DNA of 54,384 nt. Origin: a virus. Lineage: Duplodnaviria; Caudoviricetes. A program made the position numbers and the translations under genes. Below the pieces are notes generated by a model. That model had not been told where the DNA came from, did not search any database, and saw only the letters and a program-made list of their open reading frames with translations. The stretch covers positions 1-54,384 of IMG/VR virus record IMGVR_UViG_3300031951_000214; one strand, given 5' to 3'. Positions 19,401 to 27,820 of this stretch are shown one piece after another; within the stretch, counting starts at the first letter, position 1; every line of letters starts with the position of its first letter.

Positions 19401-19506
19401 AATTAAAATAATCTGACGCCAACATTTTTACGGCATCTACTGGTAGGCCATCAGGCCCTTCAAAGTTATAAACCTTCCCGCCGGAACGTACTTTGTAGGT
19501 TGCCAT
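13417..19506 (-). CDS. giant internal virion/ejection protein (large polyvalent protein; zincin-like HExxH, LPD38-like C-terminus)
   Basis: 2029 aa; Gly/Ala hydrophobic N-terminus, acidic linker, LLHEFAH, C-terminal NFVRD / FMFF / IPWGFG segments. Confidence 0.8.
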   Translation of the reverse strand: MATYKVRSGGKVYNFEGPDGLPVDAVKMLASDYFNLMQEPEAPPTPVKKPETGFIPSIKRGAAQTGVLLGDILPAMAGRAVGADEYAAQQMQEAAKSQEEIAKKYPAEVPSYTDIKDVSDALVYAKEAVGEALPSLIPSLFTGGTAAILGRGAVAAAQATAEKAVLAQAAKGLAGEELKQAATQAGIQAARQTALKYEAGGALAGSAAQNIPDVYQNIYEATGQQDLGTAIAFGSFNAVLDAALPISLLRKAKLSGIGPEELGAAWYKRAGTGVAKGFVTEGGTEALQEVSSAAAENFVDQNLGFFTPQNFERFINAGLKGGLGGAGITGVADVVLGKGPEAAAEAQKIQTKGLADVEVPADAELGVEPELAPTTVQRDVSGFEIAPEGIAPAVVPTGAPATQLDVLIADFDKRAAEIKALEQKQRDGTITPREQGLLSGKRNKQRSVEYKIKTLQTAQKGTPDVGPTDTTAGGTSVPVAGQPDTVVPTEGLAEPDGLGVVPAGPDAVQPIAGEKQPPITVNQLPIDADIEDFPSVHPITGEKIELEDVPSFEAPVEEITQQGKSDLETRTKDMVQNEISAIDEQQRALLSKDGRAPKRGTEKFKQWEALDKQRTNLFSEWAQLDIQESAAKQAEATTEQQGDQVGTETPEAVETETQGQEAPIAEPTVEVTPEEQQMYEDTREYHNGIEPDARLHLPEFGALSPEEKQVYFEGLATNNQPEHDIAAEKLSAYLAEKQGIEPEGVPKTKPLPKFVEEQLDNNNATAFLNYLRTSAQDPVHRAVAQALYKLKLKTKVEVVKSLPNNRPAEYDPQTDTVRVTKEGQTETVLLHEFAHAGTLRVLYGFEESEVKLSQKQEDGAVHLDYLMKETSKELKAKYPAAYENIYEFVSYAVTDRAFQKELQRIQIPASNSLWGQVKNAWSNFVKAVAQVLGIPDTVESRNALIETFGAFEYVMAAPKDAIKMAPLPTETKQAETYDESKLSDEQLAAQAESEVQLKERTAKSFLRNLFTKKGGHWAATMFQNERYPIKVVEDRARLFGMLKRIGPDLNNVYGQITRSAGMAVNLYDEYLRNATEETHAAVEAYAKKSGLTINEALARLHIILEARHEPERRRVKYIKTVPLENESKRIKFEGKEYSAEGFREAVMRELAQPSYQVTPEMTQDQINELDQKRKERALDLRAMLDKVVDDKTFHAKQINKKPTTPEMFNQNNAMYNVIANRTPRQIAAILKERVTPETEKEVGAVVEALRKVNQMTQTLNKMANYHSQPASNVIDFYDFKDYVPFKGRPGLRQIDEEFNIDSRRIGGDLQEGQNPFGGRESESENPLLQSLADGASAAMRAGRKDLTLAIKNAVDPKNRLLMGKVKDTIKFEDRFLGNLDKKDIGGSNKIFHYNADGTIDVIELNDEKQREAIRRSYRTTQPLIDIANSITSGIGQMHTRYNPAFAPMNFVRDALTNAFTLGAELGPVKAGQLLTAVAADVAGGGMAKSVRFSNLYANGKFDKLRELAAKDQYYADLLEYVQLGGRVSYLQGLAAKGALDGLMKEIGRSGILQKKDQVDKFIDIYNDMFELSSRAATYRMLKDQFFAENKSSGKFKNDADALTDAKAQAVEYAKNLANFEQVGRWGRGAGALFMFFRPAATGAVRAIEALAPAFGFNEANFREEAAAQGRTEEQIESAVKELKQRQTNARYMATGLIGTGVAMYYMALMMAEDDDQGRNKVVTDDMARWTRNARFHIPGTDLIIQIPWGFGLGAFASAGAQIASIASGRTSLLDAFGNILVTGVDSFLPLPVSRISPIDNFPAFAMDSVTPSMFRPFFEYVMNLDGLGREIYNNRQSRFGDAYTGGDNIPEMYKKAARELFDATNGAVDWSPNTMYFFANNYFDGMAKMASSATNVGLTVAGAKEFDPKNDMVFLSSFIGSRSNIDAREFSSIEKQVKQMEQRINSLKDRPEQLEKFMEDNPTAYPAVQFYNTQVNGTLRNIRTMANQVRANKDLTIMERKEQLKQLNDMSSLVKHRLVEAFDMLDVKP
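17499..17573 (-). CDS. putative overprinted basic peptide (24 aa)
   Basis: AAGGAG 6 nt before TTG; MALKPLKPSKQKRKDKKRPLPNQQ. Confidence 0.35.
   Translation of the reverse strand: MALKPLKPSKQKRKDKKRPLPNQQ
17943..18116 (-). CDS. putative overprinted gene (57 aa) nested in the giant protein
   Basis: AAAGGA 7 nt before ATG; protein-like amphipathic sequence MLDQLTPQQVEQAFQWL... Confidence 0.55.
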   Translation of the reverse strand: MLDQLTPQQVEQAFQWLDSPIQSYPPKDLQNLTDLEWFLLDRMLCSLLQEKNSHPLQ

Positions 19507-19509
19507 GTT

Positions 19510-21972
19510 TTAATCCAGATCAATTATGTCGTCATCGTCTTTTGAAGAGGATATCCCAGTCATACCAAACCCAGTTGTGATTGGTAAATATTTTTTCATG
19601 GCTTGGTTTAGCATACGGTCATAGTCTTCTGGTTTCACCGTTCCCATACCGCCTCTGATCTTTGAATCAACTTCTTTTTGCGCCAACTTCATAGCTTCAG
19701 CTCTACTTCTTGCTACGTATTGCATACCACGCAGACCAGCAGTGCCAGACCTAGCAGCAATTTGCTGCCTTTGTAAGTTTTCTCTGGCTTGATTTGCGCG
19801 AATGGTTTCATCAAGCTGTCGTTGTGCCTGTTTGATAGTCTCTTGTTGTTGCTGCAAAATACGCATGTTTTGTGCGGCGCTCATTGCAGTTGCAGAGTCA
19901 TTCTTACGTGTGGCGATGTTAAATTTACGCATCTCCATTTGCAGCTTCATGTCGTTAGCATCTGCGGCAGCAGCAAGTTTTTCGCTCTCAGCAAAAGATG
20001 CAGCCAACGTAGGTGCAGCTGCTGAAGCGCTCCCAAGTAGACCAGCGATACCTTGACCTTTACTTTCTCTACCAGTCTTGGAAGCCTGAGCAGCCATATT
20101 AAAACCAAACTCAGCCAAGGCTTTACCCAAGGCTTTCTCTTTGATTTCTTTTGACTTGCCTGATTGTTTGTCTATTAGTTCTTGCAACCCCTTGAGGTCT
20201 TCTTTGCTTTCATTTTGTAACTTTTCCCGCACTTTATCGTACATGGCCATAAAGTCTTCTTTGGGCACACCCTGCTCTTCAGCCATCTTTGTGACGGCTT
20301 TATCTAGGGCAGGGCTAAGTTTTTTCTGTTTTGGCGCAGGCGCAACTTTTTTGTCATTTGTTTTTACTTGAGCGGCACGAGACGCATTTCTCATTGCATC
20401 AGTTTTATTTGATGCATCAACAGCAGAAGCGCTTGCTGCTGTTTTAGGTTTTTCAGTAGTTGCTTTTGCTTTCCATGCGGGTTCGTTTGTAATACGCTGA
20501 AGAAAACTTAATGAGTTTGGGTTGACTGGCGCATCGTATATTTCGCTTGCTCCAGTTCCCATTGGGTCAGAAACCATGTCCCCATCAGCAAACGCAACGA
20601 TACCGCCGCCAGCCATCATTTCTTCTTGGCGCTCTTGTGGAATTTGGTCAAACGCTGAACCCAGTCCGTAATTTATAGAAGCTGACTGCGCTTGTATTGC
20701 ATTCAATTGAGCAATGCGTTCATCAATCGCTGCTACGGTGTCCATGTCACGACGGTTCAAAGCAGCTTCTTTGGCTATCTGCAAACCTTCAATGCTATAC
20801 ATGTCATCAACGATAGCGTCTTTGTTGCCTTGACTTGTTACCTCTCCTCCGTCAGCGTACCCAGCTAAACCGCCGCCTGCTTTACCCGGAGTGGGGGAAT
20901 CAAACATCCCCATTTTGCTTAAACCGTAAGCGCCCATACCGATACCACCAAGCTGGCCCATCAAGTTGGGCGGGGCTGCGTAAACCGACTGAGTTGATTG
21001 TTGACCCAACGGCAAGCCACGGATCATGTCGGACATGAAGCCCAACTGTTTATACGGATAGTTCTGTTGGTTTAGGAAATCCTGATACGCCATGTCCAGC
21101 GGACGCTGGGCTTGCTGCTGTTGCTGTGCGCCCAATTGACTTTGCAACTGAGTGATACCCATTCTTTGACCATACTCGGTTTGACCAAGTTGACCTAACT
21201 GACCTGCGGCTTGCAATCCAGTTTGGAGACCCTGCATACCCAAACCAGCGCCGTACTGGCGTGACTGCTCACCCATGCCTTGAGCTTGTAAACGCCGAGC
21301 CTGATCACGTTCAAATTGCTGCTGGGCGTTTTGAAACGCAGCTTGCCGACCTGTAGCCTCAATGCCTTGAAGCTGAGAATTTAAAGAACGCTGTGCTTCA
21401 GCATCTATGATTGCCGACCTGCTGCCACCAAACGCACCTTGTTTTACTGCTTGGGCTTGACGCATCGGTTGAGCGATTTGAAAATCCCGTAAAGCCTGAG
21501 CTTTCTGGTAATCCACCACATTTTTAGCGTATGGATCCATGTAATCTTGAGCGGCTTGTTCGTTAAATTGACCGCCATAAAATCTACCACCTTGGTAATT
21601 TGTACCGAGCGCACCAAGACCCGCCATGCCAGCAATGCTAGAACCAAGCCCTACTTGTTGGGATGGCTGCATCTGTTCTGCTGTCTCAAATGTTCTTTGT
21701 TGCAAAGGCTGAAACCCAGCAATCCGCTCACCACCGTACTGTTGGTATGGGTTTTTACTTATATCGGTAAGCGCCGCGCCTTTTGCCAGCGTATCTTTGG
21801 CATAGCCTTTGGCCCAGTCAGGCAGTTCAACAACTTGTGTGGTTTTCTCGGGCGTGCTTGGAGAGCCACCCATGTCGTACAGCCTTATTTTTCCGCCTTC
21901 TTTTTTAAACGCACGTAGATCGCCAGCGGGCGTATCCAATAAAGCCAATTGACGTTGATAATTGCGACTCAT
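19510..21972 (-). CDS. internal virion / DNA ejection (pilot-like) protein
   Basis: Gln/Gly/Ala-rich helical protein next to the giant protein; GAFGGSR motif. Confidence 0.7.
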   Translation of the reverse strand: MSRNYQRQLALLDTPAGDLRAFKKEGGKIRLYDMGGSPSTPEKTTQVVELPDWAKGYAKDTLAKGAALTDISKNPYQQYGGERIAGFQPLQQRTFETAEQMQPSQQVGLGSSIAGMAGLGALGTNYQGGRFYGGQFNEQAAQDYMDPYAKNVVDYQKAQALRDFQIAQPMRQAQAVKQGAFGGSRSAIIDAEAQRSLNSQLQGIEATGRQAAFQNAQQQFERDQARRLQAQGMGEQSRQYGAGLGMQGLQTGLQAAGQLGQLGQTEYGQRMGITQLQSQLGAQQQQQAQRPLDMAYQDFLNQQNYPYKQLGFMSDMIRGLPLGQQSTQSVYAAPPNLMGQLGGIGMGAYGLSKMGMFDSPTPGKAGGGLAGYADGGEVTSQGNKDAIVDDMYSIEGLQIAKEAALNRRDMDTVAAIDERIAQLNAIQAQSASINYGLGSAFDQIPQERQEEMMAGGGIVAFADGDMVSDPMGTGASEIYDAPVNPNSLSFLQRITNEPAWKAKATTEKPKTAASASAVDASNKTDAMRNASRAAQVKTNDKKVAPAPKQKKLSPALDKAVTKMAEEQGVPKEDFMAMYDKVREKLQNESKEDLKGLQELIDKQSGKSKEIKEKALGKALAEFGFNMAAQASKTGRESKGQGIAGLLGSASAAAPTLAASFAESEKLAAAADANDMKLQMEMRKFNIATRKNDSATAMSAAQNMRILQQQQETIKQAQRQLDETIRANQARENLQRQQIAARSGTAGLRGMQYVARSRAEAMKLAQKEVDSKIRGGMGTVKPEDYDRMLNQAMKKYLPITTGFGMTGISSSKDDDDIIDLD

Positions 21973-22397
21973 GTTTCTTCCTTAAAGAATTTTTGGTACA
22001 CTACACTCTGCACCTCAAACCCATACTTATCAGCCTGTTTACGCCAGCCGGGACGACCAACGAACTCAATGCCGGAACAACCAGCATCTCTAGCAAACCT
22101 GTTGAGCAGGTCGAATATTTCATCATCCATATACTGCATATGGCTTGGCTCCATTGCGCAGTACTGAACAACCAGCATTCTGCGCCGTGGGTAATCTTTT
22201 ACTTCCGTAATCACATGACCGTAGATTTTGCCTTCTTCATGCCCAATCCACAACTGCATCTGACCATTAAAAACAAACCGTAAGATGTCGTCTACCGTTG
22301 CCCTGCCTCTTGTCCATTCTTGGGATTTTGTTAAAAGAGGGAGCAACCCCGGTATCGTTTGAGCCACCATGCCCGGTGGTATCAAAGACACCATCAT
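21969..22397 (-). CDS. GNAT-fold-like protein in the ejection module
   Basis: 'FARDAGCSGIEFVGRPGW...YGF' resembles acetyltransferase-like virion assembly proteins. Confidence 0.55.
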   Translation of the reverse strand: MMVSLIPPGMVAQTIPGLLPLLTKSQEWTRGRATVDDILRFVFNGQMQLWIGHEEGKIYGHVITEVKDYPRRRMLVVQYCAMEPSHMQYMDDEIFDLLNRFARDAGCSGIEFVGRPGWRKQADKYGFEVQSVVYQKFFKEET

Positions 22398-23650
22398 GCC
22401 GGTAGATACTTCTCGGAGCGGCTGTTCTTGGCGACCTTGCCCTTGCCCACAGTCTTGCCGCGAGCTTTCTGAATCCTGTCCATCATGGCGTACAGCTTAC
22501 GTGCGCCAGCCTCAGTCGAGCCGTTGCCCAACTCGGACACGATACGTGCAGGTACGACAAACTCGCCGTCGGCTAAACGCGCAGGTTGCTTCTTTCCAAT
22601 GACCGCAGGGATGGAATCAGATACACCATCGCCCGGGCCACGCAGCAACCGACCGCCGTCTGAGTAATCGCCAAGATGAGAGATGCCGCCGGAAGCCATC
22701 ATGCCGCCAGCCGCCGCCCTTGGCGTGTATGCTGGGCTAAAGTATCGACGCTCGCGCCCATACGGATCAGGTTCTGGGAATGGGTTAGCTGGGTTTGCAG
22801 CGTATGTGTATTGCTGACCGGGGTCAGAATCAGTCTTTGTTTCTTCTTGTTTTTTCGGCTCCATTGCGTAAGCAAGAGCAGGCGCGGCGGCAGCAGCCAG
22901 TGTGGTTTTGGGGCCGTATGTGTATTCCACGTTCCCAAGATTTTTCATAAAAGCCGTGCGACCTTCCGGCGAAGTAAGCGTTTTAGCGCCCTCAATCATT
23001 TGGTTGCCAGATGTTTTCGCTGCATCCATAGAAAATTGCGCTGGTTGGGCAATATTTGGATTAAGAGGTGCTACTTGTTGACCGGTAAGTGCTGGCGATT
23101 TAAGCACGTTTGCTTGCGTAGTTGCCAAGTTAGGAGTGGCACTCAATGGAGCGTTGGTAAGAGCATCAACCGGTACAGTCGCAGGTTGTGGGACGTAACC
23201 CATGCCGCCCATAAAATTACCTGTTGGCACAACAGGCGCTGCTGGAGTTGCCGCCGCTGCTGTCCCCGCTGTCCCTGCTGCCGCACCACCAGAAGTTGCC
23301 AATGCACTGCCAATACCAGCGCCACCATAAGCGCCCAAGCCAGCCATCAAGCCCTTCTTGATGTCTCCAGTTGCTACCGTTGTTCCGCCGCCTATCAACA
23401 ATCCTGCGGTCAGCGGGTTAATTGCTCCGCCAGAGACTGCCATCAATCCTGCGCCAGCAATCATTGGGAGTAGGCTTTTTAGAAAACCAGCTTCAGGCAG
23501 GCCAGTCTGCGGATTAATGGTTAACTGCCCGCCATGCGCCATAGCGATGTCGTTCAGGCTTTTTACTTCCCCTTTGGACATGTGAACGAGCATGTCGTCG
23601 CCGTTGCGTCCATGCCTTTCAAGATGTTTTGCAGCTTGCTGTAGACTCAT
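22394..23650 (-). CDS. internal virion protein
   Basis: GRNGDDMLVH, INPQTGLPEA and GPGDGVSDSIPA...LADGEFV motifs; GAGG RBS before ATG 23650. Confidence 0.75.
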   Translation of the reverse strand: MSLQQAAKHLERHGRNGDDMLVHMSKGEVKSLNDIAMAHGGQLTINPQTGLPEAGFLKSLLPMIAGAGLMAVSGGAINPLTAGLLIGGGTTVATGDIKKGLMAGLGAYGGAGIGSALATSGGAAAGTAGTAAAATPAAPVVPTGNFMGGMGYVPQPATVPVDALTNAPLSATPNLATTQANVLKSPALTGQQVAPLNPNIAQPAQFSMDAAKTSGNQMIEGAKTLTSPEGRTAFMKNLGNVEYTYGPKTTLAAAAAPALAYAMEPKKQEETKTDSDPGQQYTYAANPANPFPEPDPYGRERRYFSPAYTPRAAAGGMMASGGISHLGDYSDGGRLLRGPGDGVSDSIPAVIGKKQPARLADGEFVVPARIVSELGNGSTEAGARKLYAMMDRIQKARGKTVGKGKVAKNSRSEKYLPA

Positions 23651-23684
23651 ATTAGCCTCGTGTAAACAGGGGTGGTTGATCGTA

Positions 23685-24329
23685 TCATGTTGAGAGTGCC
23701 GAGACAAACGAAAGTGTGGCTACCACAGACTGGGTAGACGGCTTGGTTGGCGTACCAGAAGCGTTTAAATGCTGGATGGTTACAGCGGCATCGGTTGGCG
23801 ACCAGTAAATTTCTACATAGTCATTTGCATCCATTTCCAAGAAATAATTCCAGCCAATGATTGAGTGACCGGGTGTACCACCGTGGCTGTTGGGGATTGA
23901 GACAAATCCGGTTGAGCCTGTGATGTCTACGTTATTCTGTTTCAGCCAAATATAAACATCGTGCAGTTGCACGGCTGTGTTCTGGAACTGCGCACTAAAC
24001 TGAAGGTTGTATATACCTGAATTGGCTACTGTAATCTTGGATGTAGCAATCGACACCTCATTGGCAAAATCCGTGGTGTTGAGTGTCATCAGCGTGGCTG
24101 TGTTTGCCGTGGTTGCCTGATCTTGGTCGCTGGAGAATGCCCCGTACGGGAAGCGAATAAACCGCCCGCCGGACTCACCCAAAAGCGCCCCGGTCAGGTT
24201 GTCAAGCTGGTTGAAATACAGGCGCAGGATGTTTGAGTACTGCTCAATAAACTCGGCGTTGTACTCGTTCGGAGCCGCTGGCAGTCGTGGCTGGACGACT
24301 GGGCGATATCGGTTGATGATGGTTGCCAT
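23685..24329 (-). CDS. virion structural protein (C-terminal beta-sandwich)
   Basis: Follows the tail-nozzle gene; N-terminal ILRLYFNQLD helix. Confidence 0.6.
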   Translation of the reverse strand: MATIINRYRPVVQPRLPAAPNEYNAEFIEQYSNILRLYFNQLDNLTGALLGESGGRFIRFPYGAFSSDQDQATTANTATLMTLNTTDFANEVSIATSKITVANSGIYNLQFSAQFQNTAVQLHDVYIWLKQNNVDITGSTGFVSIPNSHGGTPGHSIIGWNYFLEMDANDYVEIYWSPTDAAVTIQHLNASGTPTKPSTQSVVATLSFVSALST

Positions 24330-26566
24330 CAGCGCCTGCCGTCTGGTCTGATGTCAATCCGAGGCACACCCAACTGCCACTGAACACCAAGCTCGTCTGA
24401 ACTTACCTTAAACGCCATCTGACGACCACGAATCCGCACATACACCTGTTGGGTGAACTCTTGGATGGCATAGGTTCTGGTGTTCTGGTAGTTCTGCGTA
24501 CTGACCACATCAGGGTTGTTTGAGTTGCCATACGGCGCACCTGAGTTGGCGCGAGGCAGTACCGTGAACATGGCGGTCGGCTGGTTCACATTCGATCCGT
24601 CAAACGTCAAGTCAGGGATCAATCTCCAGACAAACCCAAAGTTGTGTCCATCCCCAATATCAAAATCAGAAGAAGTCACCTGCGCCACAATTGGCACGGA
24701 CGGGTTCACTGTGCCGTCATCCACTCCGCTCTCATGGTACAGAAGCTGTGCGTTTGAGTTACCACCTGCCACGCCGTATGTGGTTGCCATTGGGAATGAG
24801 CGAAGGGAACTATCCAACCATGCTGTGCGGCCTTGGTTTAGATTCTGGTAGTTGTCCCAGTCGCCGTAATACCAAGTGTTTTCCAAGTGGTTGTAGATCA
24901 CATAGCGGTTAACCACGGATGAGTTGGCAGAACAATACTGCCACCATACTTCACTGTAGCCCTCGTTTGTTCCCGCACAGAACTGAAACGCTTGCTCAAG
25001 GTTGATGTCGTTAAACACGTATTCCCGCAAGGTAGACGGCAAGGTCTGCACCCGACCAGAGTACATGTAAAACTTGTCTGTACCCATCCAGTAGGTGATG
25101 TTGTTAGCGGTTGCTATCGCATTTGGCCCAGCAATAGATATGTTGTCGCCCATGATCTGGAAACTCCAGACATACGGTGGGCCAAGGTACTGCATGGAAT
25201 AAATGGCTGAATCCGTCAACACCAAAATCTCTTGGCGGGTCTGCATGGCGGTCACAATTTGTGAACCGTGACTCAGTCGGTAGCTACCCGCTTGGTTTGT
25301 TACAGCCGGAATCCATGTGGCAAAACTTTCTTGGTCAGACCAACGTATCAGCAAGGGGTCTTGGACGGTAGTGCCGTAATCGTTTACACCAAACGCAAGA
25401 ACAAACCTTGAGGCATCCGACACCATGACAAAGTTGGCAACCGTTGGGCAAGATGAGTCAGTGGTAATCGTCCCGGACTTTGTAACAACAGCGGTGCTTG
25501 GGCCAAGGTATTGGCCTCGGTTAAATGTGCTGGCAGATGCTGCGTTTGCCCAGTAGTACAACGCACCGCCACGGGGGTTGAAGATCAGGTCTTCGCCAAA
25601 GTTTGACTGGCTCCACAAACGAAGCTGAATGCCAATCCCTGTAGCCGCAGGAGAACCCCAGCCAGTGAATGTGGTGGACTGCGTCACTATTGCATTGTCG
25701 GCGTGGGAGGCGGCTGCGCCTGAACCCGTCCCACTCAACCCACGGGTACACCCCAAGAATTGCGTTGAATTTTTACTTGTGTAAGAGATGTTCTCTGAGT
25801 CAATCAGAATGTTTCCGGCTGCTGAAAACGCTGCTGTTGAATCAACTGTGATTGTGGTGACAGAGTTGTTTATTGAGCCGTCAAGTTGGTTTGTTGCTGT
25901 ACCAAAAACGATACCGCCCCAAGTACCTGCGCCCCAGCCCACATTCAGAGAGTAAATATCTACACCCGTTGTAATCTGATATGCGGCAACCACTGATGCT
26001 CCGCCGTTGCCCGAGTCCCCTGCGGCTGCATTGACTGAAGCTGTGATGGTGTATGAGTTTGAACTGACGTAGCTGGTGATCTGGAACTCTGCGTTCAAGA
26101 TGGCGGCAGTGATGTTGCCACCCAAAGATACCGCGCCGCTAAACGTAACGAAGTCCCCTGCCTGCGCACCGTGGGCGATATCCGTGACTGTGATGATTGG
26201 CAACCCAGTGGTTGCGGCAAAGGTGACTTCGCCTGCGGTGGTGGTAGAGCGCAATGGGGTAACGTCGTACACCAAGCCGTTTGGCCCGTTCTGGATGTAG
26301 TACTTGAGGTTTGTGCCTATCGCCAACAGGTTGTAGCCCGTCAAATTAAGCCAGTTCCACATACCCCTAGCAACACCCCAAAGCGTACCCGTTGGGGGTT
26401 TTAACGCAGATACAGTTGTTCCCGTGTCGGCTGCCCACCCGCCAATCTTTTCTGGCTGACCTGAGCGGAACCGAATTTTGTTGGAGGCGTAATAACCACC
26501 CTCGTTAGAGTAGGAGGTGTTTTCTCTGTTTACACCGGGGCGGAAGGCGAGCTTTTGGAGTGGCAT
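24329..26566 (-). CDS. tail nozzle / DNA-stabilisation protein (P22 gp10 / tubular protein B-like)
   Basis: 745 aa, beta-propeller-like; IRWSDQE, NQAG and RIRGRQ motifs. Confidence 0.7.
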   Translation of the reverse strand: MPLQKLAFRPGVNRENTSYSNEGGYYASNKIRFRSGQPEKIGGWAADTGTTVSALKPPTGTLWGVARGMWNWLNLTGYNLLAIGTNLKYYIQNGPNGLVYDVTPLRSTTTAGEVTFAATTGLPIITVTDIAHGAQAGDFVTFSGAVSLGGNITAAILNAEFQITSYVSSNSYTITASVNAAAGDSGNGGASVVAAYQITTGVDIYSLNVGWGAGTWGGIVFGTATNQLDGSINNSVTTITVDSTAAFSAAGNILIDSENISYTSKNSTQFLGCTRGLSGTGSGAAASHADNAIVTQSTTFTGWGSPAATGIGIQLRLWSQSNFGEDLIFNPRGGALYYWANAASASTFNRGQYLGPSTAVVTKSGTITTDSSCPTVANFVMVSDASRFVLAFGVNDYGTTVQDPLLIRWSDQESFATWIPAVTNQAGSYRLSHGSQIVTAMQTRQEILVLTDSAIYSMQYLGPPYVWSFQIMGDNISIAGPNAIATANNITYWMGTDKFYMYSGRVQTLPSTLREYVFNDINLEQAFQFCAGTNEGYSEVWWQYCSANSSVVNRYVIYNHLENTWYYGDWDNYQNLNQGRTAWLDSSLRSFPMATTYGVAGGNSNAQLLYHESGVDDGTVNPSVPIVAQVTSSDFDIGDGHNFGFVWRLIPDLTFDGSNVNQPTAMFTVLPRANSGAPYGNSNNPDVVSTQNYQNTRTYAIQEFTQQVYVRIRGRQMAFKVSSDELGVQWQLGVPRIDIRPDGRR

Positions 26567-26568
26567 GA

Positions 26569-27033
26569 TTAAGCTACAAGTCCGGGAACATATTGCGTTT
26601 TACCAGCGACTTTCATGGCGGTCAACTCCTGCTTCTTTAAGTTGTCTGGGTTGTAACTTACATGCACCCAACCACTGTCAGGAATGCCGGGGGTGTAAAA
26701 CTCCAGAATCAACTGGGTATAGTCCAGATTATCCATGATCCACTGCGCCAATTCCGCATTTGGTACGCCGGGAATCTCTATATCGGCTGCTTGGCCCTTG
26801 CAATGGTCTGAGGTACGACTTCCGCCCACTGCTGCATTTGAGTCAGGAGAGCGATACCCAGAGTTCACCTTGACACCTTTTTGAAAGTGATCGCGGATCG
26901 GCTGGAGAACACGTTCAGCCAAGATTTTGAGGTACTCGGTTTCAACTGGCCCGGGAGTGTTGTCTAAGCCCATGCGCAGGGCTGTCTCGGATTTGGTCAG
27001 TTCGTGCAGGGAGAAATTGGCGGTCAGGTTCAT
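26569..27033 (-). CDS. endolysin, peptidase M15A
   Basis: SGYRS...N..VGG...SDHCKGQAAD...WVHVS. Confidence 0.92.
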   Translation of the reverse strand: MNLTANFSLHELTKSETALRMGLDNTPGPVETEYLKILAERVLQPIRDHFQKGVKVNSGYRSPDSNAAVGGSRTSDHCKGQAADIEIPGVPNAELAQWIMDNLDYTQLILEFYTPGIPDSGWVHVSYNPDNLKKQELTAMKVAGKTQYVPGLVA

Positions 27034-27497
27034 TTCATGCTCCTCACTTGGTTGTACTGGTCGATGCAGGTGTTGAGTTGCCGGATGGCTTGGTCGCCTC
27101 GGGCGGTGAGATCGACAAGAGCTTGAGCAACTCGTCCGTCAAGCTCGGCTCTTGTTTCTGTATCTCCACTGGCAGCGGTGGATGGCTCGGACACTGACAC
27201 GGGGCAGTCGGGCGCTTTGACAGGAATGAACAACTTGCGCTCGCCAGAGGCAAGATCAGTACGAAGCTTAATTTCTTTAATCCGTGCAACATCGTTGGCT
27301 TTCTTCAAGGTCTGGGCGTAGGTCTGGGCAACCTCTGCCATGCGTTGTTCTGTTTCCCGTGCCTGCTCGTTTAAACGGGCGATCTCCACCTGCTGGCGCT
27401 CATATTCGTCTTGCTCTCCACTGTAATACCCAGCCCCAAAACTGCCAAGTAGGGCAAGTACGATGCCAAGCAAGACATATGGGTTGAGCAAAGTCAT
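27030..27497 (-). CDS. Rz: Rz-like inner-membrane spanin
   Basis: N-terminal TM, coiled coil, C-terminal 'GDQAIRQLNTC'. Confidence 0.85.
   Translation of the reverse strand: MTLLNPYVLLGIVLALLGSFGAGYYSGEQDEYERQQVEIARLNEQARETEQRMAEVAQTYAQTLKKANDVARIKEIKLRTDLASGERKLFIPVKAPDCPVSVSEPSTAASGDTETRAELDGRVAQALVDLTARGDQAIRQLNTCIDQYNQVRSMK
27044..27292 (-). CDS. Rz1: Rz1-like outer-membrane lipoprotein spanin embedded in Rz
   Basis: Alternative frame inside Rz; signal peptide with lipobox-like ASASC; Pro-rich. Confidence 0.75.
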   Translation of the reverse strand: MLHGLKKLSFVLILPLASASCSFLSKRPTAPCQCPSHPPLPVEIQKQEPSLTDELLKLLSISPPEATKPSGNSTPASTSTTK

Positions 27498-27820
27498 TCG
27501 TTGGTCTTTCCACGGACGTAGGCAGTTGCCGCCATGAACGCCACCACAATCGTACCCATTGCAGCGCAGTAGGTGGTCACCAAACCATTCAGGGCATTGA
27601 CCTTCTCCAGTGCAACCAGTTCAGATGCCAAGTAAGCAATGAGTACAGGCGGTGCAACCAATGCCGCCCAAGCCATGATCCTCTGTTGGTCAGCCATCTT
27701 GTCCATGTTCTCAATGACAATCATGCGCTCAGAGCGAGCTAACTCCGTGTCCGTCACCACGCCGTCGTGGTCGGTATCGAATTCGTTGTAGGTTGAGTCT
27801 TTCTCAAGTTGCTTACTCAT
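27494..27820 (-). CDS. putative holin (2 TM) with EF-hand-like N-terminal loop
   Basis: Two hydrophobic helices, lysis-cassette position, DTDHDGVVTDTE. Confidence 0.6.
   Translation of the reverse strand: MSKQLEKDSTYNEFDTDHDGVVTDTELARSERMIVIENMDKMADQQRIMAWAALVAPPVLIAYLASELVALEKVNALNGLVTTYCAAMGTIVVAFMAATAYVRGKTNE

Noticed and set aside
22676-23473. 265-aa + strand ORF and the many other antisense ORFs across 13.5-53 kb
   Set aside because: They mirror well-supported - strand genes and lack RBSs or recognisable motifs.
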